DNA from: Clostridia bacterium
GTDB lineage: Bacteria > Bacillota > Clostridia > UBA1381 > UBA9506
NCBI GenBank assembly: GCA_017549205.1
Contig: JAFYVH010000014.1
Span: forward strand, 27,437-91,436
Direction: 5' to 3'
DNA length: 64,000 nucleotides
The position numbers and the translations under genes were made by a program. Under the pieces are notes generated by a model, which was not told where the DNA came from, made no database searches, and saw only the letters and a list, made by a program, of their open reading frames with translations. Shown here piece by piece: positions 28,015 to 37,218 of this stretch (positions within the stretch are counted from its first letter, which is position 1; every line of letters starts with the position of its first letter).

Positions 28015-29178
28015 TCAACCAGGATAGATGGGTGACATAGCACGCAAAATTTTAACAATATCAGGTAACACGCTGAGGACATAATCAATCTCTGCCTCAG
28101 TGTTTTGCTCGCCGATTGACAAGCGAAGAGAGCCGTGGGCTATTTCATGAGGAAGACCCAGTGCCAGCAAAACGTGAGACGGATCTAAAGAACCGCTGGT
28201 GCAGGCAGAACCGCTTGAAGCTGCAATGCCCTTGGCATCTAACCTGAGAAGCAGGGCCTCGCCCTCAATATATTGAAAACAGAAGTTAACATTTCCGGGC
28301 AGCCGCTCTGTGCGATGACCGTTTAAACGGGCATGGGGAATGGTTTCCATAATGCCGGCAATCAGCTTTTCACGCAGGGCGGTAATGCGCTCACGCTTTT
28401 CTTCTATATTTTGTGTGGCCAAAGTGATGGCCTTACCTAAGCCTGCAATACCTGCCACATTTTCTGTGCCGCCGCGACGGTTCCGTTCCTGTGCACCGCC
28501 GTGCATAAAAGTGTCAATCTTTGTGCCCTTTTTAATGTAAAGGGCACCAACACCCTTAGGACCACCAAACTTGTGGGCGGACAAGGATAATAAATCCACA
28601 CCCAGTTCCTTCACATCAACAGGGATTGAGCCAACAGCCTGCACCGCATCTGTGTGGAACAAAATTTTCTTTTCAGCCGCAATGGATGCCAGTTCACGAA
28701 TGGGCTCAACAGTACCAATTTCGTTATTGGCCATCATAATTGAAATTAAAATGGTGTCTTCACGAATGGCATCCCGCAGAGCATCAGGACTCACAATGCC
28801 CTGCTCATCAACGGGAAGATAGGTCACTGAAAAGCCATGCTTTTCAAGATATGCCGCTGTGTGAAGCACCGCATGATGCTCAATTTGTGAGGTAATAATG
28901 TGTTTACCCTTTGCCTGATTGGCTAAAGCTGCGCCTTTAATAGCCCAGTTATCTGCCTCTGTGCCGCAGGCGGTGAAGAAAATTTCTGAAGGGTCTGCAC
29001 CCAAAGCTGCAGCCACCTGTCTGCGTCCCTCAGCAACTGCCATCTCTGCAGCTGCTGCTTTTTTATATATTGAAGAAGGATTGCCAAACTCTGCCTTAAG
29101 ATAAGGCAGCATCGCCTCAAGCACTTCCGGCTTAACGGGCGTTGTGGCACTGTTATCTAAATACACGAATTGTTCCAT
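28015..29178 (-). CDS. nifS: cysteine desulfurase (NifS type)
   Basis: PLP lysine SAHKFGGPKG and catalytic loop SSGSACTSG. Start at MEQFVYLDNSATTP. The ORF-track extension to 29271 runs into the promoter. Confidence 0.92.
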   Translation of the reverse strand: MEQFVYLDNSATTPVKPEVLEAMLPYLKAEFGNPSSIYKKAAAAEMAVAEGRRQVAAALGADPSEIFFTACGTEADNWAIKGAALANQAKGKHIITSQIEHHAVLHTAAYLEKHGFSVTYLPVDEQGIVSPDALRDAIREDTILISIMMANNEIGTVEPIRELASIAAEKKILFHTDAVQAVGSIPVDVKELGVDLLSLSAHKFGGPKGVGALYIKKGTKIDTFMHGGAQERNRRGGTENVAGIAGLGKAITLATQNIEEKRERITALREKLIAGIMETIPHARLNGHRTERLPGNVNFCFQYIEGEALLLRLDAKGIAASSGSACTSGSLDPSHVLLALGLPHEIAHGSLRLSIGEQNTEAEIDYVLSVLPDIVKILRAMSPIYPG

Positions 29179-29242
29179 GGTCACCAGCCTCTGTTTATCA
29201 GTTTCGGATTTTTCTGACTTTTGCCAAAATCCGTCATTTATC

Positions 29243-29271
29243 ATTATACACCATTTTTTAGAAAACTTCAA
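29243..29271 (-). promoter_or_regulatory. sigma-A type promoter of the nifS-nifU-queT operon
   Basis: On the - strand: TTGAAG (29271-29266), 17-nt spacer, TATAAT (29248-29243). Confidence 0.6.
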
Positions 29272-29351
29272 TAATAAAACCGATAAAATTTGGTTTTTTT
29301 AATGATTTTTCTTCGACAAAATGACAAAAAATAAAGTGGTTTTATCATTTT

Positions 29352-29612
29352 TTAAAAAATTTGACTGAAACACTTCGTTTCGAGTGCTTTAAAAATTTCA
29401 GTGTCACTCATATGCCGCGCGCAAATCATTAAAACACCCCGGTCTTCACTTGCAAAATTCTGAAGACCGGATGAGGCCTCTAAAATGTTTATTTCTTTAT
29501 ACACCACCGCATCTACAGCGCCTTTGTAACCAAACAACGGCACAACAACATGACCGGCCTCTTTCAAAAGGGTTTGAAGTGCATCCATGCCCTGCTCCAT
29601 GGCAATAATCAT
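29352..29612 (-). CDS. UPF0180 / YkuS-family small protein
   Basis: 86 aa. The IAMEQGM..L...L...GH.VV.L ... VDAVVY pattern resembles YkuS. GGAGGG RBS. Confidence 0.55.
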   Translation of the reverse strand: MIIAMEQGMDALQTLLKEAGHVVVPLFGYKGAVDAVVYKEINILEASSGLQNFASEDRGVLMICARHMSDTEIFKALETKCFSQIF

Positions 29613-29797
29613 TAATTTCCCTCCAAAAAGTTAATTTTTTGTTCTGACTTTATTAAAAACAACCTCTGCTTTACTATTATTGACAATTTTTATAAAAAAC
29701 CTTTTACTTTTTAAAAAAAACATGATAAAATATAATAAGTTGCTGTTAGCTGTAAAAACAGGTGCAGACTAAACAAATACAGAAGAGAGGAATTGGT

Positions 29798-30664
29798 ATG
29801 CAATTTATTATTGTAACCGGCATGTCCGGCGCAGGCAAAAGTACTGTTGTGCATATTTTGGAAGATATCGGATACTATTGCATTGACAATATGCCTCCCA
29901 CACTTATTACAAATTTTGTGACTCTGTGCCAGAATTCTAACATTAACTTGGATAAAATCGCTTTTGTGGTCGATGCCCGCAGCGGTGAAAAGGTCATGCG
30001 CTTAGCCGACGAAATTACTGAGTTTAGAAACAGCGGCAACCACTGTGAAGTGGTATTTTTAGAAGCCAGCGACGAAACCATTATCAAGCGCTATAAAGAA
30101 ACCCGCCGCAAGCATCCTCACGCAAAAGAGGGCGCATTAATTGACGGTATTGAGATTGAGCGTCGCCTACTAGCTGAAATTCGCGATAAATCTGATTATA
30201 TTGTTGATACCACCGGCCTTATGACAAAACAGCTGAGAGAACAGATTTTGTCAATGTTTGAAGACCGGCAAAAATATAAAAGCATTAATGTGCATGTTAT
30301 GTCTTTTGGCTTTAAACGAGGCATTCCTTTGGACAGTGATTTAATGTTCGATGTCCGCTTTCTGCCCAATCCCTTTTATGAAACTGATTTAAAGGCACAA
30401 ACCGGACTTGATAAACCTGTTAAGGATTTTGTTTTTAAATGGGATGTGACCAAAGAATTTGTCAAAAAACTACATGACATGGTCACCTTTTTACTGCCTC
30501 AATATGTCGAAGAGGGCAAAACTCAACTGGTCATCAGCATTGGTTGCACCGGTGGCAAACATCGTTCTGTAGCATTAGCAGAAGAATTGAGTGCTTTTTT
30601 GCGACAGAATAATTATTACACCATTACAACCCATCGCGACTGCGGACTGGACCAAAAACAATAA
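29798..30664 (+). CDS. rapZ: RNase adapter protein RapZ (YvcJ family P-loop NTPase)
   Basis: IIVTGMSGAGKS Walker A, C-terminal IGCTGGKHRSV. Start at MQFII (GAGAGGA RBS) instead of the ORF-track GTG 29762. Confidence 0.9.
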   Translation: MQFIIVTGMSGAGKSTVVHILEDIGYYCIDNMPPTLITNFVTLCQNSNINLDKIAFVVDARSGEKVMRLADEITEFRNSGNHCEVVFLEASDETIIKRYKETRRKHPHAKEGALIDGIEIERRLLAEIRDKSDYIVDTTGLMTKQLREQILSMFEDRQKYKSINVHVMSFGFKRGIPLDSDLMFDVRFLPNPFYETDLKAQTGLDKPVKDFVFKWDVTKEFVKKLHDMVTFLLPQYVEEGKTQLVISIGCTGGKHRSVALAEELSAFLRQNNYYTITTHRDCGLDQKQ

Positions 30665-30723
30665 AACAGACAGCACGCAAAAGCAGTTGTGATTTTCAGG
30701 CACAAACGAAACTGGAGGAACAC

Positions 30724-32025
30724 ATGTTTACATCAAATTGTCTTTCAACAAATGAAAAAAATCATCTCACTATCGGCGGTGTGGATGCAACAGGTCTCGC
30801 CGCAGAATATGGTACACCGCTGTATGTTTTAGATGAAGACCATATTCGCCAAAATTGCCGTCTTTATACCAAATCAATGGAACAGTTTTACGGCAATAAC
30901 GGCATGATTTTATATGCAAGCAAAGCACTTTGCACCATGGCCCTTTGCAAGATTATCAAAGAAGAAAACATGGGTCTTGATGTGGTGTCCGGTGGCGAGT
31001 TATATACGGCCTACAAAGCCGATTTTCCCATGGAACGCATTTATTTTCACGGCAACAACAAGACCGACGAAGAGCTCACACTTGCCTTATCTTTAGGAGT
31101 TGGTCGCATTGTGGTGGATAATAGCTATGAACTTGCAAGGCTTAACACCCTTTGTGAAAAAGAAAATAAAAAAGCCTCCGTGCTCTTTCGAATCAAACCC
31201 GGCATTGATGCTCACACTCACGACGCCATTATGACCGGTCAGATTGATTCAAAGTTTGGCGTGGCCATTGAAAATGGCGAGGCCATGACTTTAATTCGTG
31301 AAGCATCTTTAATGAAACACATTGATATCGTCGGCGTTCATTGTCACATTGGCTCTCAAATTTTTGAGCTCTCCCCTTTTGAAAAAGCCGCTGAAGTGAT
31401 GATAAATTTCATCGGTGATGTTCAGGATGAATTAGGCATTACAATCCGCGAGCTCAATTTAGGTGGCGGCTTTGGTGTTCGCTATATTGAAGAAGATGAC
31501 CCCATTGCCTGCGATAAATACATGGAAGCCGTGAGCAAGGTGGTGAAAGAAACTGCCGAAAAACGCTCGGTGTCCCTGCCCCGCATCCTTATGGAGCCAG
31601 GTCGTTCCATTGTTGCCTCTGCCGGCATCACCTTATACACAGTTGGCGCTGTTAAAAACATCCCCGGCGTTAGAAATTATCTGGCAGTGGATGGCGGCAT
31701 GGCAGACAATCCGCGTTTTCTGCTTTATGATGCCGAATATGATTTCGTCTTGGCAAACCGCACAAATGAAGCAAAAACCCAGCGCTATACCGTTGCCGGA
31801 AAATGCTGCGAATCCGGCGATTTGTTGGGCAGGGATATTCCGCTGCCCCCCGCTAAAAGCGGTGATATTTTGGCTGTTTTAACCACAGGCGCTTATAACT
31901 ATTCCATGTCCAGTAACTATAACCGCATTCCCCGTCCTGCCATGGTGATGCTTTCCGGTGGAAAAAGCCGCATCGTCGTTAATAGGGAAACCTATGAAGA
32001 TGTGATTAAAAACGATGTTTTATAA
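30724..32025 (+). CDS. lysA: diaminopimelate decarboxylase
   Basis: Fold-III PLP decarboxylase motifs YASKA, HCHIGSQ, LGGGFGV, GKCCESGD. GGAGG RBS. Confidence 0.92.
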   Translation: MFTSNCLSTNEKNHLTIGGVDATGLAAEYGTPLYVLDEDHIRQNCRLYTKSMEQFYGNNGMILYASKALCTMALCKIIKEENMGLDVVSGGELYTAYKADFPMERIYFHGNNKTDEELTLALSLGVGRIVVDNSYELARLNTLCEKENKKASVLFRIKPGIDAHTHDAIMTGQIDSKFGVAIENGEAMTLIREASLMKHIDIVGVHCHIGSQIFELSPFEKAAEVMINFIGDVQDELGITIRELNLGGGFGVRYIEEDDPIACDKYMEAVSKVVKETAEKRSVSLPRILMEPGRSIVASAGITLYTVGAVKNIPGVRNYLAVDGGMADNPRFLLYDAEYDFVLANRTNEAKTQRYTVAGKCCESGDLLGRDIPLPPAKSGDILAVLTTGAYNYSMSSNYNRIPRPAMVMLSGGKSRIVVNRETYEDVIKNDVL

Positions 32026-32103
32026 TCAGAAAAACAAAAGGCAATGGGTTGAGTTTACCGCCCTGTCCATTGCCTTTTAAAAGGATTTTATGGCTTAACG
32101 CTA

Positions 32104-32132
32104 TTGACAAAGAAGCATTTTCATAGTATAAT
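32104..32132 (+). promoter_or_regulatory. consensus sigma-A promoter for tRNA-Thr
   Basis: TTGACA (32104-32109), 17-nt spacer, TATAAT (32127-32132). It ends 23 nt before the tRNA 5' end. Confidence 0.8.
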
Positions 32133-32155
32133 TAGTCGTGTTTTTAAGATTGATT

Positions 32156-32231
32156 GCTGGTGTAGCTCAGTTGGTAGAGCAGCTCATTCGTAATGAGCAG
32201 GTCGCGGGTTCGAGTCCCATTACCAGCTCCA
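32156..32231 (+). tRNA. tRNA-Thr (anticodon CGU), CCA encoded
   Basis: Acceptor GCTGGTG/TACCAGC (one G-U), D arm GCTC..GAGC, anticodon stem GCTCA/TGAGC with loop TTCGTAA, T loop TTCGAGT. There is one C-A mismatch in the T stem. Confidence 0.85.
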
Positions 32232-32233
32232 AA

Positions 32234-32270
32234 ATAAGCCGGGTCCATAAAGGGCCGGGCTTATTTTTTT
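32234..32270 (+). terminator. rho-independent terminator after tRNA-Thr
   Basis: GC-rich imperfect hairpin (TAAGCCGGGTCC ... GGGCCGGGCTTA) followed by T7. Confidence 0.7.
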
Positions 32271-32397
32271 AATTCAAAGGGACTCAAGCCCTAACGCACT
32301 ATTCATGACCGTTACATCGTTTTATCCTGTTCTTATCTTTGGTATAAATTTAATAACATAGTTGAAAATAAGAGAAAAAGGAAAGGAATGCTCGCTC

Positions 32398-33645
32398 ATG
32401 CAAAGCTTTAAAGAATTATACATTGCTCTGACAAAGGCCGCTCTGCAAAACAAATTAGAAGAGGCCATTGAAAAGTTAGAAAACGAGGATATTAACACAC
32501 ACCATCTTTCCTGTCTGCTTCATCCCGAGGAGCACGCTCCGATATTTTCCACATCTCCCTGCGAGTGTGATGATGAGGACTGTAATTGTCAAAAATCCTG
32601 TCTGTTTAATGCTTTATCAAAAAATGAAAAAGGCGAAGTTATTGTCGACCCGAATGCCTGCCAATTTTGTGGCGTGTGTCTTGATGCCTGCCGTGCCAAA
32701 AAACTGACTGATGCTAAACAAACACTGCCCGTATTAGCTGAAATTCAGCGCAAAGAACGACCGGTATATGCCATGATTGCTCCTGCCTTTATCGGTCAGT
32801 TCAGCCACGATGTTACCCCGGGCAAGCTTCGTGCCGCTTTTAAGTGTCTTGGTTTTGCCGGCATGCTGGAGGTGGCGCTATTTGCCGATATTTTGACACT
32901 TAAAGAAGCATTAGAATTTGATAAAGCTGTAAAAACAGAGAAGGACTACTTGCTCACCAGTTGTTGTTGTCCCATTTGGCTTGCCATGTGCCGCAAAGCA
33001 GGACTCATGGACCACATCCCCGGCTCTGTTTCACCCATGGTTGCCTGTGGTCGCAGCATCAAGCGTTTGCACCCTGATGCCATAACAGTTTTCATTGGTC
33101 CTTGCATGGCAAAAAAGGCCGAGGCAAAAGAAGAGGATATAAAAGACGCTGTGGACCATGTTTTAACCTTTCAGGAAATACAGGATGTTTTTGAACTGGC
33201 CGATATTAACCCCGCGCTGTTAAATGAAGATGACCGGGAGCACTCCTCAACTGCCGGACGAATCTATGCCTATGCAGGCGGAGTAAGCCAGGCGGTTAAG
33301 GGCTGTCTTGAAAAGCTTCGTCCCGCTCGTTCTCTGCCATTAAAAGCCACCTGTGCCGATGGTGTGCCTGCTTGCCGTGAACTCATTGACCGGGTTTTAG
33401 CCGGCGACATTACGGCAAACTTTTTAGAGGGCATGGGTTGCGTAGGCGGTTGTGTGGGTGGTCCGAAAATTCTCATAGATACCGAAGAGGGAAAAGAACA
33501 TGTAAAGGAATATGGCAAAGAGGCGCTCTATGACTCCCCTGCCGAAAACCCCTATGTTGTTGAGCTTCTCCACCGTCTTGGCTATCCCACTATTGAATCT
33601 CTGCTGACGCAAGATGATATTTTCGCCCGCCACTTTAAGTCATAA
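32398..33645 (+). CDS. [FeFe]-hydrogenase-like protein (H-cluster domain with TSCCCP variant motif)
   Basis: H-domain motifs TSCCCPIW (L1 variant), GPCMAKKAE (L2), EGMGCVGGCVGGP (L3). N-terminal ferredoxin-type CQFCGVCLDAC plus an atypical CECDDEDCNCQKSC. Start set at MQSFKE. Confidence 0.75.
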   Translation: MQSFKELYIALTKAALQNKLEEAIEKLENEDINTHHLSCLLHPEEHAPIFSTSPCECDDEDCNCQKSCLFNALSKNEKGEVIVDPNACQFCGVCLDACRAKKLTDAKQTLPVLAEIQRKERPVYAMIAPAFIGQFSHDVTPGKLRAAFKCLGFAGMLEVALFADILTLKEALEFDKAVKTEKDYLLTSCCCPIWLAMCRKAGLMDHIPGSVSPMVACGRSIKRLHPDAITVFIGPCMAKKAEAKEEDIKDAVDHVLTFQEIQDVFELADINPALLNEDDREHSSTAGRIYAYAGGVSQAVKGCLEKLRPARSLPLKATCADGVPACRELIDRVLAGDITANFLEGMGCVGGCVGGPKILIDTEEGKEHVKEYGKEALYDSPAENPYVVELLHRLGYPTIESLLTQDDIFARHFKS

Positions 33646-33739
33646 TGACATCTTTTTTGATTTTGACTTGAATTATCCGGCGTAATATAGTAAAATGATG
33701 ATATTGAATTGATAAGCGCGAAAGCAGTGAGAAAGTATT

Positions 33740-35131
33740 ATGCATTGGATAACCCCACAGACAAAAAAAGATGCAACAGTGCCCTCTGCAGATAGGCTTT
33801 TGTTTAGTAACAACGCCTTAAAGGTCCTGATTATCCCTTTAATTATTGAGCAGCTTTTGGCCACCTTTGTTGGTGTGGCAGACGGAATCATGGTGGCAGG
33901 CGTGGGCGAAGTGGCACTTTCAGCCGTGTCACTTGTTGACCAGTTGAGCATCGTCATTTTAAATCTATTTGTGGCATTTGCCACAGGTGGTGCTGTTGTG
34001 TCATCACAGTTTATCGGCGCACAAAACAAGGAAAAAGCCCGTCAATCTGCCGGTCAGCTCTTGCTGGTTGTAACCGTTGTTTCTGTTCTTTTATTGGCGG
34101 TTATCCTTCTTTTTAACCGCAATATCCTCACTTTGTTTTTTGGCTCAATAGAGCCGGAGGTTATGACAAACTCCGTGGTCTATTTCATCATTACCGCTGT
34201 TTCCTATCCCTTTATGGCGATGGTGAGTGCGGTAAATGCTCTGTTTCGTTCTATGGGCAATTCAAAAGTCACCATGAAGACCTCACTTTTAATGAATGTA
34301 ATTAATGTGGGTGGTAACGCACTTTTGATTTATGGCTTCAAACTGGGTGTTGCCGGCGCCGCTTATGCCACCTTGCTTGCCCGTGCCGTCGCCTGTATTG
34401 TGTCACTTGTTTTGCTCTCTCGCTCTCAAGGTGATATTTACATCAGCCGACACACAAACTGGCGACCCGACTTTAGCATTATTGGTAAAATTTTTAAAAT
34501 TGGCATTCCAAATGGTCTTGAAAACACCGTTTTTCATTTGGGACGCGTGCTTGTTTTAGGTGTTGTTTCGGTTTTTGGCACCACACAAATTGCTGCCAAT
34601 GCAACCGCCAGTACCCTGTCAACCTTTACGACTGTGCCCGGTCACGCCATTGGCCTGGCTATCATTACTGTCGTTGGACAATGCGTGGGTGCGCAGGACT
34701 TGGCACAATCAAAATATTACATGAAGAAAATGCTTAAAATGGCTTACTTACTTCACTGCATTGTCAGCCTGCTTCTTGTTCTTCTCTTATTTCCCATTTT
34801 AAAACTTTATCAGTTAACACCCGCAACCGAGCTTTTAACCTTTCGACTTGTTTTGATTCATGCACTTTGCGGCATTTTTCTTTGGCCAATGTCCTTTACC
34901 ATTCCCAACATGCTGCGAGCGACAAACGACGCCACATTCACCATGGCAGCTTCAATGTTTTCCATGATTGTGTTCCGAATTGGCGGCAGCTATATTTTAG
35001 GCTTGTGGCTGGGCTATGGTGCAATTGGCGTTTGGTTTGCCATGGTGTTAGATTGGATTTGCCGCTCATCATTTTTTGTCTGGCGCATTTTAAAAGGCCA
35101 TTGGATTAAAAAGGCATTTAAAACCACTTAA
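33740..35131 (+). CDS. MATE-family efflux transporter
   Basis: 463 aa with 12 hydrophobic segments. The N-terminal IPLIIEQLL..FVGVADGIMV pattern is typical of the MATE/NorM family. Confidence 0.85.
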   Translation: MHWITPQTKKDATVPSADRLLFSNNALKVLIIPLIIEQLLATFVGVADGIMVAGVGEVALSAVSLVDQLSIVILNLFVAFATGGAVVSSQFIGAQNKEKARQSAGQLLLVVTVVSVLLLAVILLFNRNILTLFFGSIEPEVMTNSVVYFIITAVSYPFMAMVSAVNALFRSMGNSKVTMKTSLLMNVINVGGNALLIYGFKLGVAGAAYATLLARAVACIVSLVLLSRSQGDIYISRHTNWRPDFSIIGKIFKIGIPNGLENTVFHLGRVLVLGVVSVFGTTQIAANATASTLSTFTTVPGHAIGLAIITVVGQCVGAQDLAQSKYYMKKMLKMAYLLHCIVSLLLVLLLFPILKLYQLTPATELLTFRLVLIHALCGIFLWPMSFTIPNMLRATNDATFTMAASMFSMIVFRIGGSYILGLWLGYGAIGVWFAMVLDWICRSSFFVWRILKGHWIKKAFKTT

Positions 35132-35164
35132 CAAAGCATATCACCTTTAGAAAGGAAAAAATAT

Positions 35165-35953
35165 ATGAAAAATTTAAGTGAAAAGCAAGGCTTCATCTGT
35201 GACATGGACGGTGTTATCTATCATGGAAACACCCTGCTGCCCGGGGTTAAGGAATTTGTGAACTGGCTGCAGAAAGAAGAGAAAAAGTTCTTGTTTTTAA
35301 CAAATTCAAGCGAATATTCTCCCCTTGAACTGCGCCAAAAGCTGGCAAGAATGGGGCTTGAGGTGGATGAAAGCCATTTTTATACCAGTGCTTTAGCCAC
35401 CGCTCACTTCTTAAAAAATCAAATGCCCGGCTGCAGTGCTTATGTAATCGGTGCCCCCGGACTTTTAAATGCCCTTTATGACGCCGGCATCACCATGAAT
35501 GATGTAAATCCCGACTATGTAATCGTAGGCGAAACCAGAGCGTATAATTATGACAGCGTTTTGCGTGCTGTGAGCCATGTGCGAAACGGTGCACGCTTAA
35601 TCGGCACCAACACCGACTTAACCGGGCCCAGTGAAACCGGCATCATCCCCGCCTGCCGTGCACTCATTGCGCCCATTGAACTTGCTGCGGAAAAAGCAGC
35701 CTACTTTATTGGCAAGCCTAATGCTTTAATGATGCGCACAGCTCTTAAAATGCTGGGTGTTCACTCCGCCGATGCCGTGATGATTGGCGACCGTATGGAT
35801 ACTGATATTATCGCAGGCATCGAAAGTGGTCTTGATACTGTCCTCGTCTTATCCGGCGTAACACAAAGAGAAGACCTTTGCCGCTTTTCTTTTCAGCCTC
35901 GATACATATGCAGCGGCATTGATGAGCTTGTGGAGGAATTGCATTTGCAATAA
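35165..35953 (+). CDS. HAD-IIA family hydrolase (NagD-like sugar-phosphate phosphatase)
   Basis: Motif I FICDMDGVIY, LTNSS, and the C-terminal GDRMDTDI motif. Confidence 0.85.
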   Translation: MKNLSEKQGFICDMDGVIYHGNTLLPGVKEFVNWLQKEEKKFLFLTNSSEYSPLELRQKLARMGLEVDESHFYTSALATAHFLKNQMPGCSAYVIGAPGLLNALYDAGITMNDVNPDYVIVGETRAYNYDSVLRAVSHVRNGARLIGTNTDLTGPSETGIIPACRALIAPIELAAEKAAYFIGKPNALMMRTALKMLGVHSADAVMIGDRMDTDIIAGIESGLDTVLVLSGVTQREDLCRFSFQPRYICSGIDELVEELHLQ

Positions 35954-35965
35954 TCGTTTTTAGAC

Positions 35966-36006
35966 ATAAAAAAGGCGTCTGCTTTTGCAGACGCCTTAAT
36001 TTTTTT
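35966..36006. terminator. bidirectional rho-independent terminator (HAD gene / ackA)
   Basis: AAGGCGTCTGC / GCAGACGCCTT stem flanked by an A-run and a T-run, between convergent genes. Confidence 0.88.
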
Positions 36007-36011
36007 ATTAT

Positions 36012-37205
36012 TTACTTTAAGAGTTTCTGTGTGTCCAGTGCAATGGTCAGCTCTTCGTTTGTGGGAATGACAAAAGCCTTAACCAAAGAACCGTCTTTGC
36101 TGATTTCAGCTTCTTTGCCACGCACATTATTCTTTTCAGAATCACAGGTAATACCCATGAATTCCATATTAGAAAGAATGCGCTCACGCATTGCAATGCT
36201 GTTTTCGCCAACGCCGGCTGTGAATACCAAAGCATCCACACCGCCCATAGCCGCAGCATAATAACCAATGTAACGCTTAACGCTATATTTAAACATATCA
36301 AGAGCCAGCGCACATTTTGCGTCGCCATTCTGCTTGCCGGCATCTAAATCACGGAAGTCACTGGATACGCCGGAAATACCAAACACACCGGACTTTTTGT
36401 TGAGCATAGCATCAGCTTCTGCAACAGAGAGACCCTCTTTTTCCATGATAAAGGTCACAATAGCTGGATCGATAACGCCGGAGCGTGTGCCCATGGGAAC
36501 ACCGGCCAGCGGTGTGAAGCCCATAGAGGTATCAACGGATTTGCCCTTGTTAACAGCGGTGATAGATGAGCCGTTGCCCAAATGCAGAGTAATGATGCGC
36601 AAATCTTCAATGGGACGATTCATCATAGCTGCACAACGGTTTGCAACATAGTAGTGTGATGTACCATGGAAGCCGTATTTTCTGATTTTATACTTTTCAT
36701 AGTACTCATAAGGCAGAGCATACATATAAGCTTCTGCGGGCATTGTCTGATGGAAAGCTGTATCAAACACAGCAACCATGGGAACGCCGGGCATAGCCTT
36801 TTCGCACGCTTCAATACCGATTAAGTTAGCCGGATTGTGCAAAGGTGCCAAAGCACTGCACTCATCAATCTTTTTCTTCACATCATCGTTAATGATAACG
36901 GACTTGTTAAAATATTCACCACCATGCACAACGCGGTGACCCACTGCATCAATGGCTTTCATGTCACTGATAACACCATGGTTTGCATCAACCAAAGCAT
37001 CGATAACCATAGAAATGGCATCGGCATGGTCTTTCATGGGTTTTTCGATGGTCACGGCATCTTTATCGCTGGGGCTGTGCTTTAAGCAAGAACCCTCAAT
37101 GCCGATGCGTTCGCAAAGACCCTTTGCCATAACGCCCTGGGTGTCCATGTTAATCAGCTGATATTTTAAAGAAGAACTACCTGCATTAATAACCAGTACA
37201 TTCAT
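36012..37205 (-). CDS. ackA: acetate kinase
   Basis: [16 protein letters not shown]-terminus, [14 protein letters not shown] motifs. AAGGAGG RBS before MNVLV. Confidence 0.95.
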   Translation of the reverse strand: MNVLVINAGSSSLKYQLINMDTQGVMAKGLCERIGIEGSCLKHSPSDKDAVTIEKPMKDHADAISMVIDALVDANHGVISDMKAIDAVGHRVVHGGEYFNKSVIINDDVKKKIDECSALAPLHNPANLIGIEACEKAMPGVPMVAVFDTAFHQTMPAEAYMYALPYEYYEKYKIRKYGFHGTSHYYVANRCAAMMNRPIEDLRIITLHLGNGSSITAVNKGKSVDTSMGFTPLAGVPMGTRSGVIDPAIVTFIMEKEGLSVAEADAMLNKKSGVFGISGVSSDFRDLDAGKQNGDAKCALALDMFKYSVKRYIGYYAAAMGGVDALVFTAGVGENSIAMRERILSNMEFMGITCDSEKNNVRGKEAEISKDGSLVKAFVIPTNEELTIALDTQKLLK

Positions 37206-37218
37206 TTTTTCTGCCTCC

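Noticed and set aside
30665-30723. Checked for an L-box (lysine riboswitch) upstream of lysA.
   Set aside because: The gap is only 59 nt, but an L-box needs about 180 nt.
32156-32231. The C-A mismatch in the T stem of tRNA-Thr raised the question of a tRNA pseudogene.
   Set aside because: All other arms, the anticodon loop, the T loop, the encoded CCA, a perfect consensus promoter and a terminator are intact. A single mismatch is tolerable, so I keep it as a functional tRNA. A covariance-model score would settle it.
33673-34029. 118-aa - strand ORF overlapping the MATE gene start.
   Set aside because: It is antisense to a convincing 12-TM transporter gene and has no RBS. The promoter TTGACT-17-TATAGT at about 33665-33693 serves the + strand.
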